Part shown: in pieces, positions 9,786 to 19,098 of the stretch
Numbering within the stretch: the stretch's first letter is position 1
How the letters are laid out: the number at the start of each line of letters is the position of its first letter
Source: Myxococcota bacterium
GTDB lineage: Bacteria > Myxococcota_A > Polyangia > Polyangiales > Houyiibacteriaceae
Direction of reading: 5' to 3'
Length of the DNA stretch: 64,000 nt
NCBI GenBank assembly: GCA_039030515.1
Contig: JBCCEA010000006.1
Span: 32,001 to 96,000 of the forward strand
The notes under the pieces: generated by a model
Told to the model about the DNA's origin: nothing
The model's input: only the letters and a program-made list of their open reading frames with translations
Databases searched by the model: none
Made by a program: the position numbers and the translations under genes

Positions 9786-11906
9786 ATGATTTTGCTTCGT
9801 CCGAACGCTATTCTAGTGCAGACCGTACTCGTTCTGCTCGCTGCCGTGTTGAGCTCGAAGGCAGAAGCTCAAGTTGAAGACATCGCTACGCGGGCACCCT
9901 ATGAGATATTGGCTCCAGGTGCGTACCTCGAAGATGACGCTCCACTTGGCCCAGTTCCGCTCGGCCCTCAACCACAAGAGATTTCCGAGTTAGGCTCGTA
10001 TCTCCCGCAGGTCGATATCGATGCCCGAGACTTGAGCAGTGAGCGTCCGGTTGAGATGCCCTCTGCCTATGACGCTGCCCGAGAGCTGGATAGTTCCGGC
10101 AAGGGGTCGTGGCGTTGGCAACAGGTGTTGGCGGCACCTCGCATCGGTGGCCGGCTCACAACGGTAACCGTCGACCAAACCAACCCTTCGCGACTTTTTG
10201 TGGGCACCGAGGAGGGAACGGTTCTGCGCTCTACGGATGGCGGAGTGACCTGGCGCGAGATCGAGATCTCCCCTCACATTAGGCAGCATCGGGGTCTCAC
10301 GCGGGTTGAAGTCGATATGAGCTATCAAGAATCTTTTCATAGTTTCTTGGAGCCGATGAAGGAAGGAAATCCCGTCAATCACCGTCTTCTGCCGCGAAGT
10401 GGATTCGGAAAATACATCTTTCACATCAATTCGATAGTGGTCTACAACATGTTTTTGCCGGGCAGTCATATCGGGCAGGCATGGCTTTTTCCGCTCGAGC
10501 CTCGGTTGACGCCTTCGGAGAACCTACTCAACACAACGCTTGAAGGCGACGGTGAATATCTAAATCCGGTCAAGCACATAGCGATTTGTCCTGGTTCTCC
10601 GTTTCCGATTTTGGTAGCCACGCGCGAGGAACTTTGGGGTTCCTACGATGATGGCTTGACGTACGTACAGCTTTTTCAAAAGCCGAGTACTCGGATGCTG
10701 CACGTGGTCTGCTCGAAGACGGACACGAGCGAGATCTTATTGCTGACTACGTTCGGCGTATTCTCATCCAACGACGGTGGCGTTACGTTCCAGCAGGACA
10801 CCTCCGGTCAGCCCGGACGCCCTTCCTATGCAGCGGCTATACGATCAGACGGAACGCGCTTTGTCGCGTCAGAAGCAGGTTTGTATGTGGGCGCGGGCGG
10901 CCTGATTCCCCTCTACCCGGACTACAACAACTCCGGAACCATACCTTGGACGACGATCCTTTGGGTGGAGACGATCGGCGATCAGATCTGGCTCGGAACA
11001 CGTGACGGACTGCGCGCCTCCTATGATGGTGGGACCTCTTGGCACAACATCGCGCGTTTGAGTTTTGGCAGGCACAGCATCTCGCAGGTGGTCGCGGGCT
11101 CGACGGAAGACGGTAGACCAAGAATCGCGGTTATTGCGCTCGACTGCAACGTTGCGCCTACCGCGGGTGGAACGACGTGCCGCAATACGAGCGTCTGGGC
11201 AAGTGATGACGGGGGCGACAACTGGTATCCGTTTTTCGTCGGAATGACCCGACGTACGATTCGACGTATGGCTGCGGTACCGGGAGCCATGAGCAGATGG
11301 TGGGTCGTCACCGGCGGTGAACTCTGGTCTACCGCCGCGCCGCAGCAGCAACCACATTTGGTCGATGAACGGGCGGCACGATGGGCTCGCGATCAACTGA
11401 GAACCACCATACCGCTTTGGTTGGTCATCGACGATGTCTTAACCAATCTCCACCTCGACGAGCAAAGTCTAGAGTCTTTGGCGAGACAGTCTCAGTTCCG
11501 AGCGCTTCCCATTCGCGCAGATTTTGGAGTCAAGTATCATCTCACCGACGATTCCCGATTTGAAACTCGATACCCTCTGAGATTTTCTGAGATTTACGAA
11601 TCGGAGCAGTCCCGAGATCTCGAAGTCACGCTCACCCTTCGTTGGCGTCTTGGTGACTCGATGCTTTCCAATCTTGAACTCCACCCACGCCGTACTCTGC
11701 TTTACCGATTGCGTCAGGATGTCGCGTTTGCTCTCGAGGACGCGTGGCACGAACGCATGATTCACCTTCGACACTTAGCTCGCGGGATGAATGATCCGCT
11801 GCAGATCGCTGTCTTGAAAGCGCGTATCGAATCCCTGAACACGATCATCGCCACCTGGTTGGAAAGGCCCCCGACCCAAGATGCACTCTCTGCGGTCGCA
11901 TGGTAA
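9786..11906 (+). CDS. Secreted BNR/Asp-box beta-propeller protein with C-terminal TolC-like repeat
   Basis: Signal peptide; Asp-boxes STDGGVTW, SYDDGLTY, SNDGGVTF, SYDGGTSW, SDDGGDNW; C-terminus similar to 8895..9557. Confidence 0.8.
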   Translation: MILLRPNAILVQTVLVLLAAVLSSKAEAQVEDIATRAPYEILAPGAYLEDDAPLGPVPLGPQPQEISELGSYLPQVDIDARDLSSERPVEMPSAYDAARELDSSGKGSWRWQQVLAAPRIGGRLTTVTVDQTNPSRLFVGTEEGTVLRSTDGGVTWREIEISPHIRQHRGLTRVEVDMSYQESFHSFLEPMKEGNPVNHRLLPRSGFGKYIFHINSIVVYNMFLPGSHIGQAWLFPLEPRLTPSENLLNTTLEGDGEYLNPVKHIAICPGSPFPILVATREELWGSYDDGLTYVQLFQKPSTRMLHVVCSKTDTSEILLLTTFGVFSSNDGGVTFQQDTSGQPGRPSYAAAIRSDGTRFVASEAGLYVGAGGLIPLYPDYNNSGTIPWTTILWVETIGDQIWLGTRDGLRASYDGGTSWHNIARLSFGRHSISQVVAGSTEDGRPRIAVIALDCNVAPTAGGTTCRNTSVWASDDGGDNWYPFFVGMTRRTIRRMAAVPGAMSRWWVVTGGELWSTAAPQQQPHLVDERAARWARDQLRTTIPLWLVIDDVLTNLHLDEQSLESLARQSQFRALPIRADFGVKYHLTDDSRFETRYPLRFSEIYESEQSRDLEVTLTLRWRLGDSMLSNLELHPRRTLLYRLRQDVAFALEDAWHERMIHLRHLARGMNDPLQIAVLKARIESLNTIIATWLERPPTQDALSAVAW

Positions 11907-12024
11907 ATAAAGGGCGATTCCTCACGATGAGCAGAACATGCAACACTGAGGACGGGGGGCCACCAACGCGTCGTTCCGCATCCCCACGACGTTTCCATCG
12001 AGAGCAATTCCACAATCCGATCTC

Positions 12025-13374
12025 ATGAAGCGACTCAAGCTCCATCACTGGATTCTATTGGCGATGGTCTTTGCGATTGCGATCGGCCTCCCGCTTAACC
12101 TGCTCGACCCTACCTACTTAGTGGTCGACGACCAGGGATCGACCCGCACTGTTCACCTAAGTCAAATCGCTGCTGATTTCGGCCGCGGACTGGGCGATAT
12201 TTTTTTGCGACTCCTTACTATGGTGGTCGTTCCATTGGTCGTGTCCTCGCTGATCACGGGGGTGACCAGTATGGGGGGGCCTCGTCAATTGGGTCGTTTC
12301 GGAGCACGTGCCCTGCTCTACTACGCAGCTACGAGTATTTTGGCGATCACCGCGGGCATCCTCATGGTGAACCTGATCGACCCCGGCGGTGATGTGGATC
12401 TCTCGATCTTGCGAGACCACGCCCAAGGAGCACGGATATCTCCCGAAATCGCTCAGCCGGGCTCCATGCATCAGATTCTCTGGAATCAGTTGATATCGAT
12501 GATTCCCTCAAACCCGATAAAGGCTGCGAGCAGTGGCGATATGCTCGCGATTATTTTCTTCTCCATCATGCTCGGGGTGTTCATTTCTGCTTCTCGAGAC
12601 GGCGCGACAAGCTCCGGTGAGCAATTGGCCCGGTTCTTCGCCGCGCTCTTCGATGTCATGATGAAGATGACCCTGTTTCTCGTGCACCTCGCTCCCGCTG
12701 GCGTCTTTGGATTCATGCTTTACGCAGCAGCTGGAAAGGGGCTCGCTGCATTTGAAGCTTTGGGTTGGTACGTCCTCACTGTCTTTTTGGCGCTCGCGGT
12801 GCATGCCTGTATCACGCTACCCCTTCTGCTCCGATTCTTATCCGGACGTGCACCGATGGCTTTTGCCAAAGCGATGATGCCTGCGCTCCTCACCGCATTC
12901 AGTACCGCAAGCAGCAGCGGTACCCTTCCACTGACGATCAGCTGTGCAGAGCAGCGAGCAGGTATCAGCAATCGAGTGAGCTCCTTTGTTTTGCCGCTTG
13001 GTGCCACGGTGAACATGGACGGTACCGGCCTATATGAAGTCGTTGCGGTGCTGTTTATCGCCCAGGTGTCGGGAATCGATCTGTCCGTTGCCCAACAAGT
13101 AGTCGTCGCACTCACCGCTCTGCTCGTGAGCATTGGTGCGGCTGGCATTCCTCATGCAGGAATGGTCATGATGGTTGTGGTGTTGCAGGCCGTGGGACTC
13201 GACGTCTCCCTCGTTGGCCTCATTCTGGCGGTAGATCGGGTCCTGGACATGCTACGAACTTCGGTCAACGTGTGGTCAGACAGCACGGCGGCTGCTTTCG
13301 TGGCCCATCTGGATAAGGACTCCGCTTCTCGGAAAGCCGGGTTGTCGAGTAGAGTCGTAACCGCTGAGGAATAA
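12025..13374 (+). CDS. Dicarboxylate/amino acid:cation symporter (GltP/DctA family)
   Basis: AFSTASSSGTLP, LPLGATVNMDGT, AAGIP, VDRVLDMLRTSVNVWSD. Confidence 0.95.
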   Translation: MKRLKLHHWILLAMVFAIAIGLPLNLLDPTYLVVDDQGSTRTVHLSQIAADFGRGLGDIFLRLLTMVVVPLVVSSLITGVTSMGGPRQLGRFGARALLYYAATSILAITAGILMVNLIDPGGDVDLSILRDHAQGARISPEIAQPGSMHQILWNQLISMIPSNPIKAASSGDMLAIIFFSIMLGVFISASRDGATSSGEQLARFFAALFDVMMKMTLFLVHLAPAGVFGFMLYAAAGKGLAAFEALGWYVLTVFLALAVHACITLPLLLRFLSGRAPMAFAKAMMPALLTAFSTASSSGTLPLTISCAEQRAGISNRVSSFVLPLGATVNMDGTGLYEVVAVLFIAQVSGIDLSVAQQVVVALTALLVSIGAAGIPHAGMVMMVVVLQAVGLDVSLVGLILAVDRVLDMLRTSVNVWSDSTAAAFVAHLDKDSASRKAGLSSRVVTAEE

Positions 13375-13547
13375 AGGGTCTCTCCAGAGTCCCAGTCGGA
13401 ATTTCGTTTACGCACGTGACGTCAGCGTCTACGAGTTGGAATGTCGGCGCAGGAGCCCCAACAATGGTTGTTCGGTACAACAAGGGTCGCACGGTGATGC
13501 CCAAAAGAGATGCCACGCGATACGGCCATTTTGTGGAACCCTAGCCT

Positions 13548-15653
13548 ATGGGAGAAGATCCCCGAGAGCGCCAAGCTTTGGAGCGCACGGAACGTTTGTC
13601 CGAAAAACGTTTGATCGCCGGCAAGTACGAGCTTGGTCGACTCCTGGGTGAAGGCGGTATGGGGGCCGTCTATGAAGGATTTCACCGCGGTCTCGGTTCC
13701 TTTGTTGCCGTAAAGATCCTAGGTGCACACATTTCATCAAACCCGACGTCGGTAGAGCGCTTTCGGCGTGAGGCTCAGGCGGCGGCACGGGTTAGACACG
13801 ACAATGTCGTGCAAGTTTATGACACGGGCACCGACGATGAAGGGGTTCCCTTTATTGTCATGGAGTATCTCGACGGGGAGAGTCTTAGCGCCATTCTCAC
13901 TCGAGAGCGGCGTCTTTCGTCTGAAACAGCCTGCACGGTAGCCGCGCAAATACTCAGCGGTCTCGCTGCGGCTCATGAGCAAGGGGTGGTTCATCGCGAT
14001 CTAAAGCCTCCCAACATCTTCATCTGCCACACCAGTGACGGAATCGATCGGGTGAAGATTTTGGACTTCGGCATTTCCAAGATCGGTGGCTCCTCGGTGC
14101 AGTTGACCGCTGATGGCGGCATGGTGGGTACTCCTCACTACATGGCGCCCGAACAAGTGCGGGCCGCAAAAGATGTCGATCATCGTGCAGACATCTACGC
14201 GGTGGGGGTTTTGCTGTACCGGATGGTGACTGGATCTCAGCCCTATGCGTCTCGGGGAGGTCGTGAACTCTACGATCAAATCCTTGCCGGTGTGACGACC
14301 CCTCCATCTTTGCGTGTTTCCAACTTGAATGCGGAGTTAGAAGCTGTGATCCTCAGGGCTCTCGAAGCTGATCGCGGGCGTCGGTTTCAGGACGCGCGCA
14401 GTATGCGGACCGCGCTTTTCGATGCGATGCCCTCCCTGCCCCGACCTTCGTCGGTGTTTCCCAGCGGCACAGGAGATCTATTTCGATCGCATGCCAGGAC
14501 GTTGGGCGCGGCAGCGGATCATGTCGATAGTCGGCAAGATCGAACCGTGCCTCACCGCCCGTCTGCACTTCAGGCCCCTTGGGAACTAAAGGAAGATGGA
14601 GCTTACTCCGACGCCCCGCTCCCGGGCACTCCGATCGGAGCTCCTCGGAGTGTGGAGGCTACCCAGGGGCTCAAGTCTGCAGTCGCGCTCGCGGTTGTGG
14701 TTCTCGCGAGCGCGCTGGGCGTGTGGCTTCTTTATCGGGGGGCTACGGTTTCGCCCGCACGCGTCACGGGTGAATTGCAGAATGAGGATTCGATCGCGGT
14801 GTCCGGTCCACCACTTCGTTTCGGTTTGAGTCGATACATTCCGGAGCGCCAAGTGCGGCAGCGGCACGCCTCGGTGGCCCGGTATTTGGAAAGGACGTTG
14901 CGCCGTCCGGTCGTGATGGCGGTCGTGCCCGACTATCAGGACTTGGCCCAGAAAGTGACCGAGGGAGAGATCGATCTGGCGGCGCTCTCTCCCTACATCT
15001 ACGTCCAAGCCAGGCAGGAGGCGCCGACGCTTCGTTTGCTCGCCACTCCGGTGATGCGCGACAACGTCTCCTCGTACGAAGGGTACATCGTGACCCGCTC
15101 TAATTCCGACATACGACGACTTGAAGATCTTCGAGGCAAGGTCTTTTGCTACGTGAGCCCCACTTCTACCTCGGGGTACCTCTATCCCAGAGCGCTGCTC
15201 CGACGGGTGGGATTGCATCCAGATCGGGATTTCGCGGGCACCCGGCTTACGGGAGATCACATCTCCTCGCTACGCGCCCTTAGTGAAGGGGCCTGTGATG
15301 CGGCTGCTGCGTATGCGGATGCCGTCTTCTCAGCTCCCTCTCACGGAATGCACCGAGAGACGTTCCATATTTTGGCCAGCACCGACCGCATTCCGCTCGA
15401 TGCGTATGTCTCGCCCCCGGCGGTGGAGCCTGAACTCGCCAATGCATTGCGCGGCGCACTGCTCGCGCTCGTGCCAGGGAGTGAGCTTGCTCTGGAGGTG
15501 CTCGGTCAAAAGCATCGACTGCGAGGCTTTGTCGAAGCGGACGATGCTGATTACGACTCGGTCCGTGAGATCGAACGCTACCTGGTCGAGGAACGAGAAG
15601 ACGTTGCGGGCGATTGGACGCCCCCGAAGGTCTCTTCCGATGTGGAACGCTGA
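13548..15653 (+). CDS. Ser/Thr kinase - TM - PhnD-like solute-binding domain fusion
   Basis: GEGGMGAV, HRDLKPPN, DFG, GTPHYMAPE; TM SAVALAVVVLASALGVWLLY; DLAALSPYIYV, LEDLRGK, STSGYLYP, ADDADYD. Confidence 0.9.
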   Translation: MGEDPRERQALERTERLSEKRLIAGKYELGRLLGEGGMGAVYEGFHRGLGSFVAVKILGAHISSNPTSVERFRREAQAAARVRHDNVVQVYDTGTDDEGVPFIVMEYLDGESLSAILTRERRLSSETACTVAAQILSGLAAAHEQGVVHRDLKPPNIFICHTSDGIDRVKILDFGISKIGGSSVQLTADGGMVGTPHYMAPEQVRAAKDVDHRADIYAVGVLLYRMVTGSQPYASRGGRELYDQILAGVTTPPSLRVSNLNAELEAVILRALEADRGRRFQDARSMRTALFDAMPSLPRPSSVFPSGTGDLFRSHARTLGAAADHVDSRQDRTVPHRPSALQAPWELKEDGAYSDAPLPGTPIGAPRSVEATQGLKSAVALAVVVLASALGVWLLYRGATVSPARVTGELQNEDSIAVSGPPLRFGLSRYIPERQVRQRHASVARYLERTLRRPVVMAVVPDYQDLAQKVTEGEIDLAALSPYIYVQARQEAPTLRLLATPVMRDNVSSYEGYIVTRSNSDIRRLEDLRGKVFCYVSPTSTSGYLYPRALLRRVGLHPDRDFAGTRLTGDHISSLRALSEGACDAAAAYADAVFSAPSHGMHRETFHILASTDRIPLDAYVSPPAVEPELANALRGALLALVPGSELALEVLGQKHRLRGFVEADDADYDSVREIERYLVEEREDVAGDWTPPKVSSDVER

Positions 15654-15674
15654 GCACGTTCTGACTAGCGTCCG

Positions 15675-18089
15675 CTAGATAGCGCGTCGCTTCGGGGTAT
15701 AAAAAGAGAGCGAGGCTGGCAGAAGGACGAGCTCGGCGATGAGCGCGGTCGCGATCGCTACCGTGGACAATTCTCCAAAGAGCCGGATCGGTACGAAAGA
15801 GCTTGTCGAAAGTGCGGCGAAACCCAGGACGAGCGTTGCCGACGATAGGACTACGGCTGGACCACTCCCTCTGAAAGTGGATTTGAGAGGGTCGTCTGAG
15901 GGGGCGCGAAGTTCCTCTCGAAAACGCGTGATCAAATGAATCGTGCCGTCGACTGCAAGGCCTAGGGTGACGGCAAAGACGATCACGGTGGACGCTCCAG
16001 CAGGAATCTGCCTCCAGCTCATCCAAGCTAAGGTGACCGCAAGCGGGGCCAGATTGGGTAGCAGGCTCAAAGCGCCCAGAGTCAGGCTTCGGAAAAGCAA
16101 AGTCAGCACTGCGAAGACCACCAAGACCGCGATTAGGAAACCAAACGCCAGGTCTTCGACAACCATCTGAAGTCCAATCGAGGTTTGGTACGCTTCTCCA
16201 AAGACACGGGTTTGCGCTCCGTGAAGGTTGATCTCCATCTGCCGAATCTTTGTGACGAGCTGCATGACCTCGCTTTGTCCAACGTCCGGTAGATGTATGG
16301 TGAGTCTGCTGTGCGACCCGTCAGCGGACACAAAGCGACTCTGAATCGATTCAGCACCACCCAGCAGATCGTAGAGTGCCTTGATCTGCTCGGAGTTTTG
16401 GAATGGCGAGGCTACCGAGCTCTTGCCGTGCAGCACCGTCCATGCCTCCTCGATCCAATCATGTGGACCGAGCACTCTTGGTCTGAGGGGATCTGCCTCA
16501 AGCTTCTGAGAGAAGTGCTCAAGAGCTTGCATGCCCTGTGTCGACAGGAAGGTGCCCGCGTTTGCGTCGAGTCGAACTTCAAGCCTCCGAATCCCTCCAA
16601 ATTCGCGATCGATCAGGGTTGCGGCCTCGGAAGTTGCGGTGTGCTCGTCGAATTGATCTAAGAGTTTGCTTTCCATCGATACGTTTCGACCGGTTCCCCA
16701 GCAGACCAGGAGGATCAAGAGCGAAACGACGAGAACGGAGAAGCGGTAGCGACGGGACACGTCGGCAATGCGCGCGCAGTAGGCTGCCAGCCGAAACCGA
16801 TCTCTCTTGATGGAGTTGGCGCTGCGCTTTTGGCCCACTTGAAGCAGGGCTGCGGGAATGAACAGAACCGTGATCACGTATCCGACCATCACGCCGCCCG
16901 CGGCGAGTGTGCCTAGGTTGTGAAGGGTGGCCGTTCTGCTGGTCCAAAGCGAGGCAAAGCCGATCGCCGTTGTCACCGAAGTGATCAAACAGGCTAGGGC
17001 CATTTTCTTCATCGTCGTGATCGCCGCTTCCACGGAGGGACGACCTTGCTCCTCATAGAATCGAGTCAGCAAATGAACTGCATCGCTGAGCCCTACCGTG
17101 ATCAGTAAAGGAGGCACTATGTTGTTGACGAGATCGATCGGAACCCCGGTCCAACCCATCAATCCCATGACAAAAGATAGGGTAAGCCCCGAGGCCGCAA
17201 GGGGTAAGAGCACTCCAGCTGCGCTTTGGAAACCCAAGAGCAGGATCGCGATACTGCCGAGGGCCGACAAGCATGCCAGCTTTATGGGCTCAGAAAGCAG
17301 CGTTTTCTGTAGAGAACGCCGCATCTGAGCAAGCCCGGTCACATGAACGTGCATGCTTGCGGGGAGTCGAAAGCCGGCGATCATGGTTTCGAGCGCATCC
17401 ACCGCGCGGGAACGCTGCGCCTCATCCGAGGTCTCCAGGTGAACAGCGAGCAGGGTGTGCTTGCGGTCAGCCGAAAGCAGCATCTTGGAGAGGAGTCGCG
17501 ATGTGGAAGCGGCCTGACGGACGGTGTCCCGCTCGGACTCCGTTGGCGTTTCGCCTGCGACCAGCGCCGTGCTTTCTAGTCTTCCGCCCACGTGCGCCGC
17601 GATCGACATCAAGCCTCGGGGAAATGCGGCCGGAGTGCTTTCTACCAGTCGCATGAGCGCGTGCTGCAGTCGGTCTGCTTCGTTTTGAGCGACGTCGTCG
17701 TCGAGGACCGTGGCGAGCTCTTCCAGAGTCTCGGGGCGGTGCGCCGCAGCGTGCGGGTAGGGTATGGTTGTGAGTCCGTCTACCCGTCTCACGAATGCAT
17801 GCCGCTCGATCGAACGTGTAAGACGGTGGAGGGTGTCTAACGCTCGATCGTGCAGCACATGAGGCGCTTCCAGGACGACGAGGATCGGCTCCTCCGACGG
17901 ACCAAATATCTGCTCTGTACTTGTAATTAGTTCGGCTGCTTCATCTCCCATGGGCACAAGATCTTGCGGGTTGAAGCGAGCGGAAAGTCGCAAAGCACCA
18001 AGGCCGCAGACTCCTGCACACACAGATAGCGCGATCAGAGCTTTTTGCCGCCGGAGTAGGAGCCCTCGCGCTACGCGATCAAAGTCCAT
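15675..18089 (-). CDS. MMPL/RND-family transporter
   Basis: Two repeats: GLSDAVH...TSVTTAIGFASL and GLAVDGTIH...LVLGFAAL; start MDFDRVARG overlaps the Rieske gene stop. Confidence 0.88.
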   Translation of the reverse strand: MDFDRVARGLLLRRQKALIALSVCAGVCGLGALRLSARFNPQDLVPMGDEAAELITSTEQIFGPSEEPILVVLEAPHVLHDRALDTLHRLTRSIERHAFVRRVDGLTTIPYPHAAAHRPETLEELATVLDDDVAQNEADRLQHALMRLVESTPAAFPRGLMSIAAHVGGRLESTALVAGETPTESERDTVRQAASTSRLLSKMLLSADRKHTLLAVHLETSDEAQRSRAVDALETMIAGFRLPASMHVHVTGLAQMRRSLQKTLLSEPIKLACLSALGSIAILLLGFQSAAGVLLPLAASGLTLSFVMGLMGWTGVPIDLVNNIVPPLLITVGLSDAVHLLTRFYEEQGRPSVEAAITTMKKMALACLITSVTTAIGFASLWTSRTATLHNLGTLAAGGVMVGYVITVLFIPAALLQVGQKRSANSIKRDRFRLAAYCARIADVSRRYRFSVLVVSLLILLVCWGTGRNVSMESKLLDQFDEHTATSEAATLIDREFGGIRRLEVRLDANAGTFLSTQGMQALEHFSQKLEADPLRPRVLGPHDWIEEAWTVLHGKSSVASPFQNSEQIKALYDLLGGAESIQSRFVSADGSHSRLTIHLPDVGQSEVMQLVTKIRQMEINLHGAQTRVFGEAYQTSIGLQMVVEDLAFGFLIAVLVVFAVLTLLFRSLTLGALSLLPNLAPLAVTLAWMSWRQIPAGASTVIVFAVTLGLAVDGTIHLITRFREELRAPSDDPLKSTFRGSGPAVVLSSATLVLGFAALSTSSFVPIRLFGELSTVAIATALIAELVLLPASLSFYTPKRRAI

Positions 18090-19098
18090 CGGTAGTCGGA
18101 GAGGTCGTCTCTGCTCTATTCGAGGCAGATGCGCGTTTTTTTCCGGTCCGCAGCTGATAGCGGCGTTCGGCGTACGCGATGTCGTCGATCCAGAGGAGGC
18201 GCGCACGTCTCTTGATGAATGGCTCCAGCAGTCCCCCGGCGTACTCTGCGATTCGAAAGCCCATCCGCTCGGAGGTCGCAAAGGTGACTTCCGTAACCAT
18301 CGTGCGACCCTCATCGATCGGCGTCGCATGGGTACTGACGATCGAGCCTTTCCCTTCTCCCGCGACAATAGTCATCACGATCGAATTGCGTTCTGGAGAA
18401 TGGAAGCGAGCATCGACTTCCACACAAAAGGGTCCAAAAGCCCGGTAGGCAACGCGAAGCACGACCTCGTCTTTGCTTTGTTCGAGCACGTTCAGATCGG
18501 CAAAGCTATGCGGATGGTAGTGAACCCCGTGCCAGGGATCGAGACGGTTTGCTACGATATCCAGCGGTTCACATTGCGCCTCCATGCGAATCACCGCTTC
18601 GATTCCATGTTTCGGGCGTTCAGCCTGAATCGGTGCATCGGTTGGCTGTTCCGCGGGTGCGAGACGGATCCAGACCAAGACACCATCGTCGTGGCAGGGA
18701 TAGGGGCGCCAGGTTCCGTGTCCCTGAGGTCCCAATTCAAGGCCGTGCCATGGACAGCGCAACTTCCCGTTGTGTACCGATGCGCAAGAGAGATCGGCCC
18801 CCATGTGGGGGCAGGCTGCGGGGGCGGCGTGCACTCCATCTCTAGAGCGCCAGAGCACGACTTCTTGGCCGTCAATCCTATGAGAACGCGGCACTTGGCC
18901 CACTTCCGAACTGACGTCCGCTACCCACCAGCCTCCGGACGAGCGCTTTTGAGAACACGCAAGTGCGCGATCGATCCAGCTTGGGTCTGCTTGTTTCCAG
19001 TCCGGTTCTAGACGTGGATTTTTTAGTTTAGGCAGTCGCGCACCAATGGGGATGTTCTTGCGAGAGAAAAGACCTGCTAGGGGGGAGGCTCGGTTCAT
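18079..19098 (-). CDS. Rieske 2Fe-2S protein, DUF5914/CrtV-like
   Basis: CPHMGADL...CPWHG; ANRLDPWHGVHYHPHSF; WIDDIAYAERRY; carotenoid cluster context. Confidence 0.8.
   Translation of the reverse strand: MNRASPLAGLFSRKNIPIGARLPKLKNPRLEPDWKQADPSWIDRALACSQKRSSGGWWVADVSSEVGQVPRSHRIDGQEVVLWRSRDGVHAAPAACPHMGADLSCASVHNGKLRCPWHGLELGPQGHGTWRPYPCHDDGVLVWIRLAPAEQPTDAPIQAERPKHGIEAVIRMEAQCEPLDIVANRLDPWHGVHYHPHSFADLNVLEQSKDEVVLRVAYRAFGPFCVEVDARFHSPERNSIVMTIVAGEGKGSIVSTHATPIDEGRTMVTEVTFATSERMGFRIAEYAGGLLEPFIKRRARLLWIDDIAYAERRYQLRTGKKRASASNRAETTSPTTDGL

Noticed and set aside
18090..18368. N-terminal extension of the MMPL ORF
   Set aside because: Overlaps the Rieske CDS; ATG 18089 gives normal translational coupling.
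17950..19011. 353-aa plus-strand ORF
   Set aside because: Antisense shadow of the Rieske gene, no motifs; typical of GC-rich DNA.
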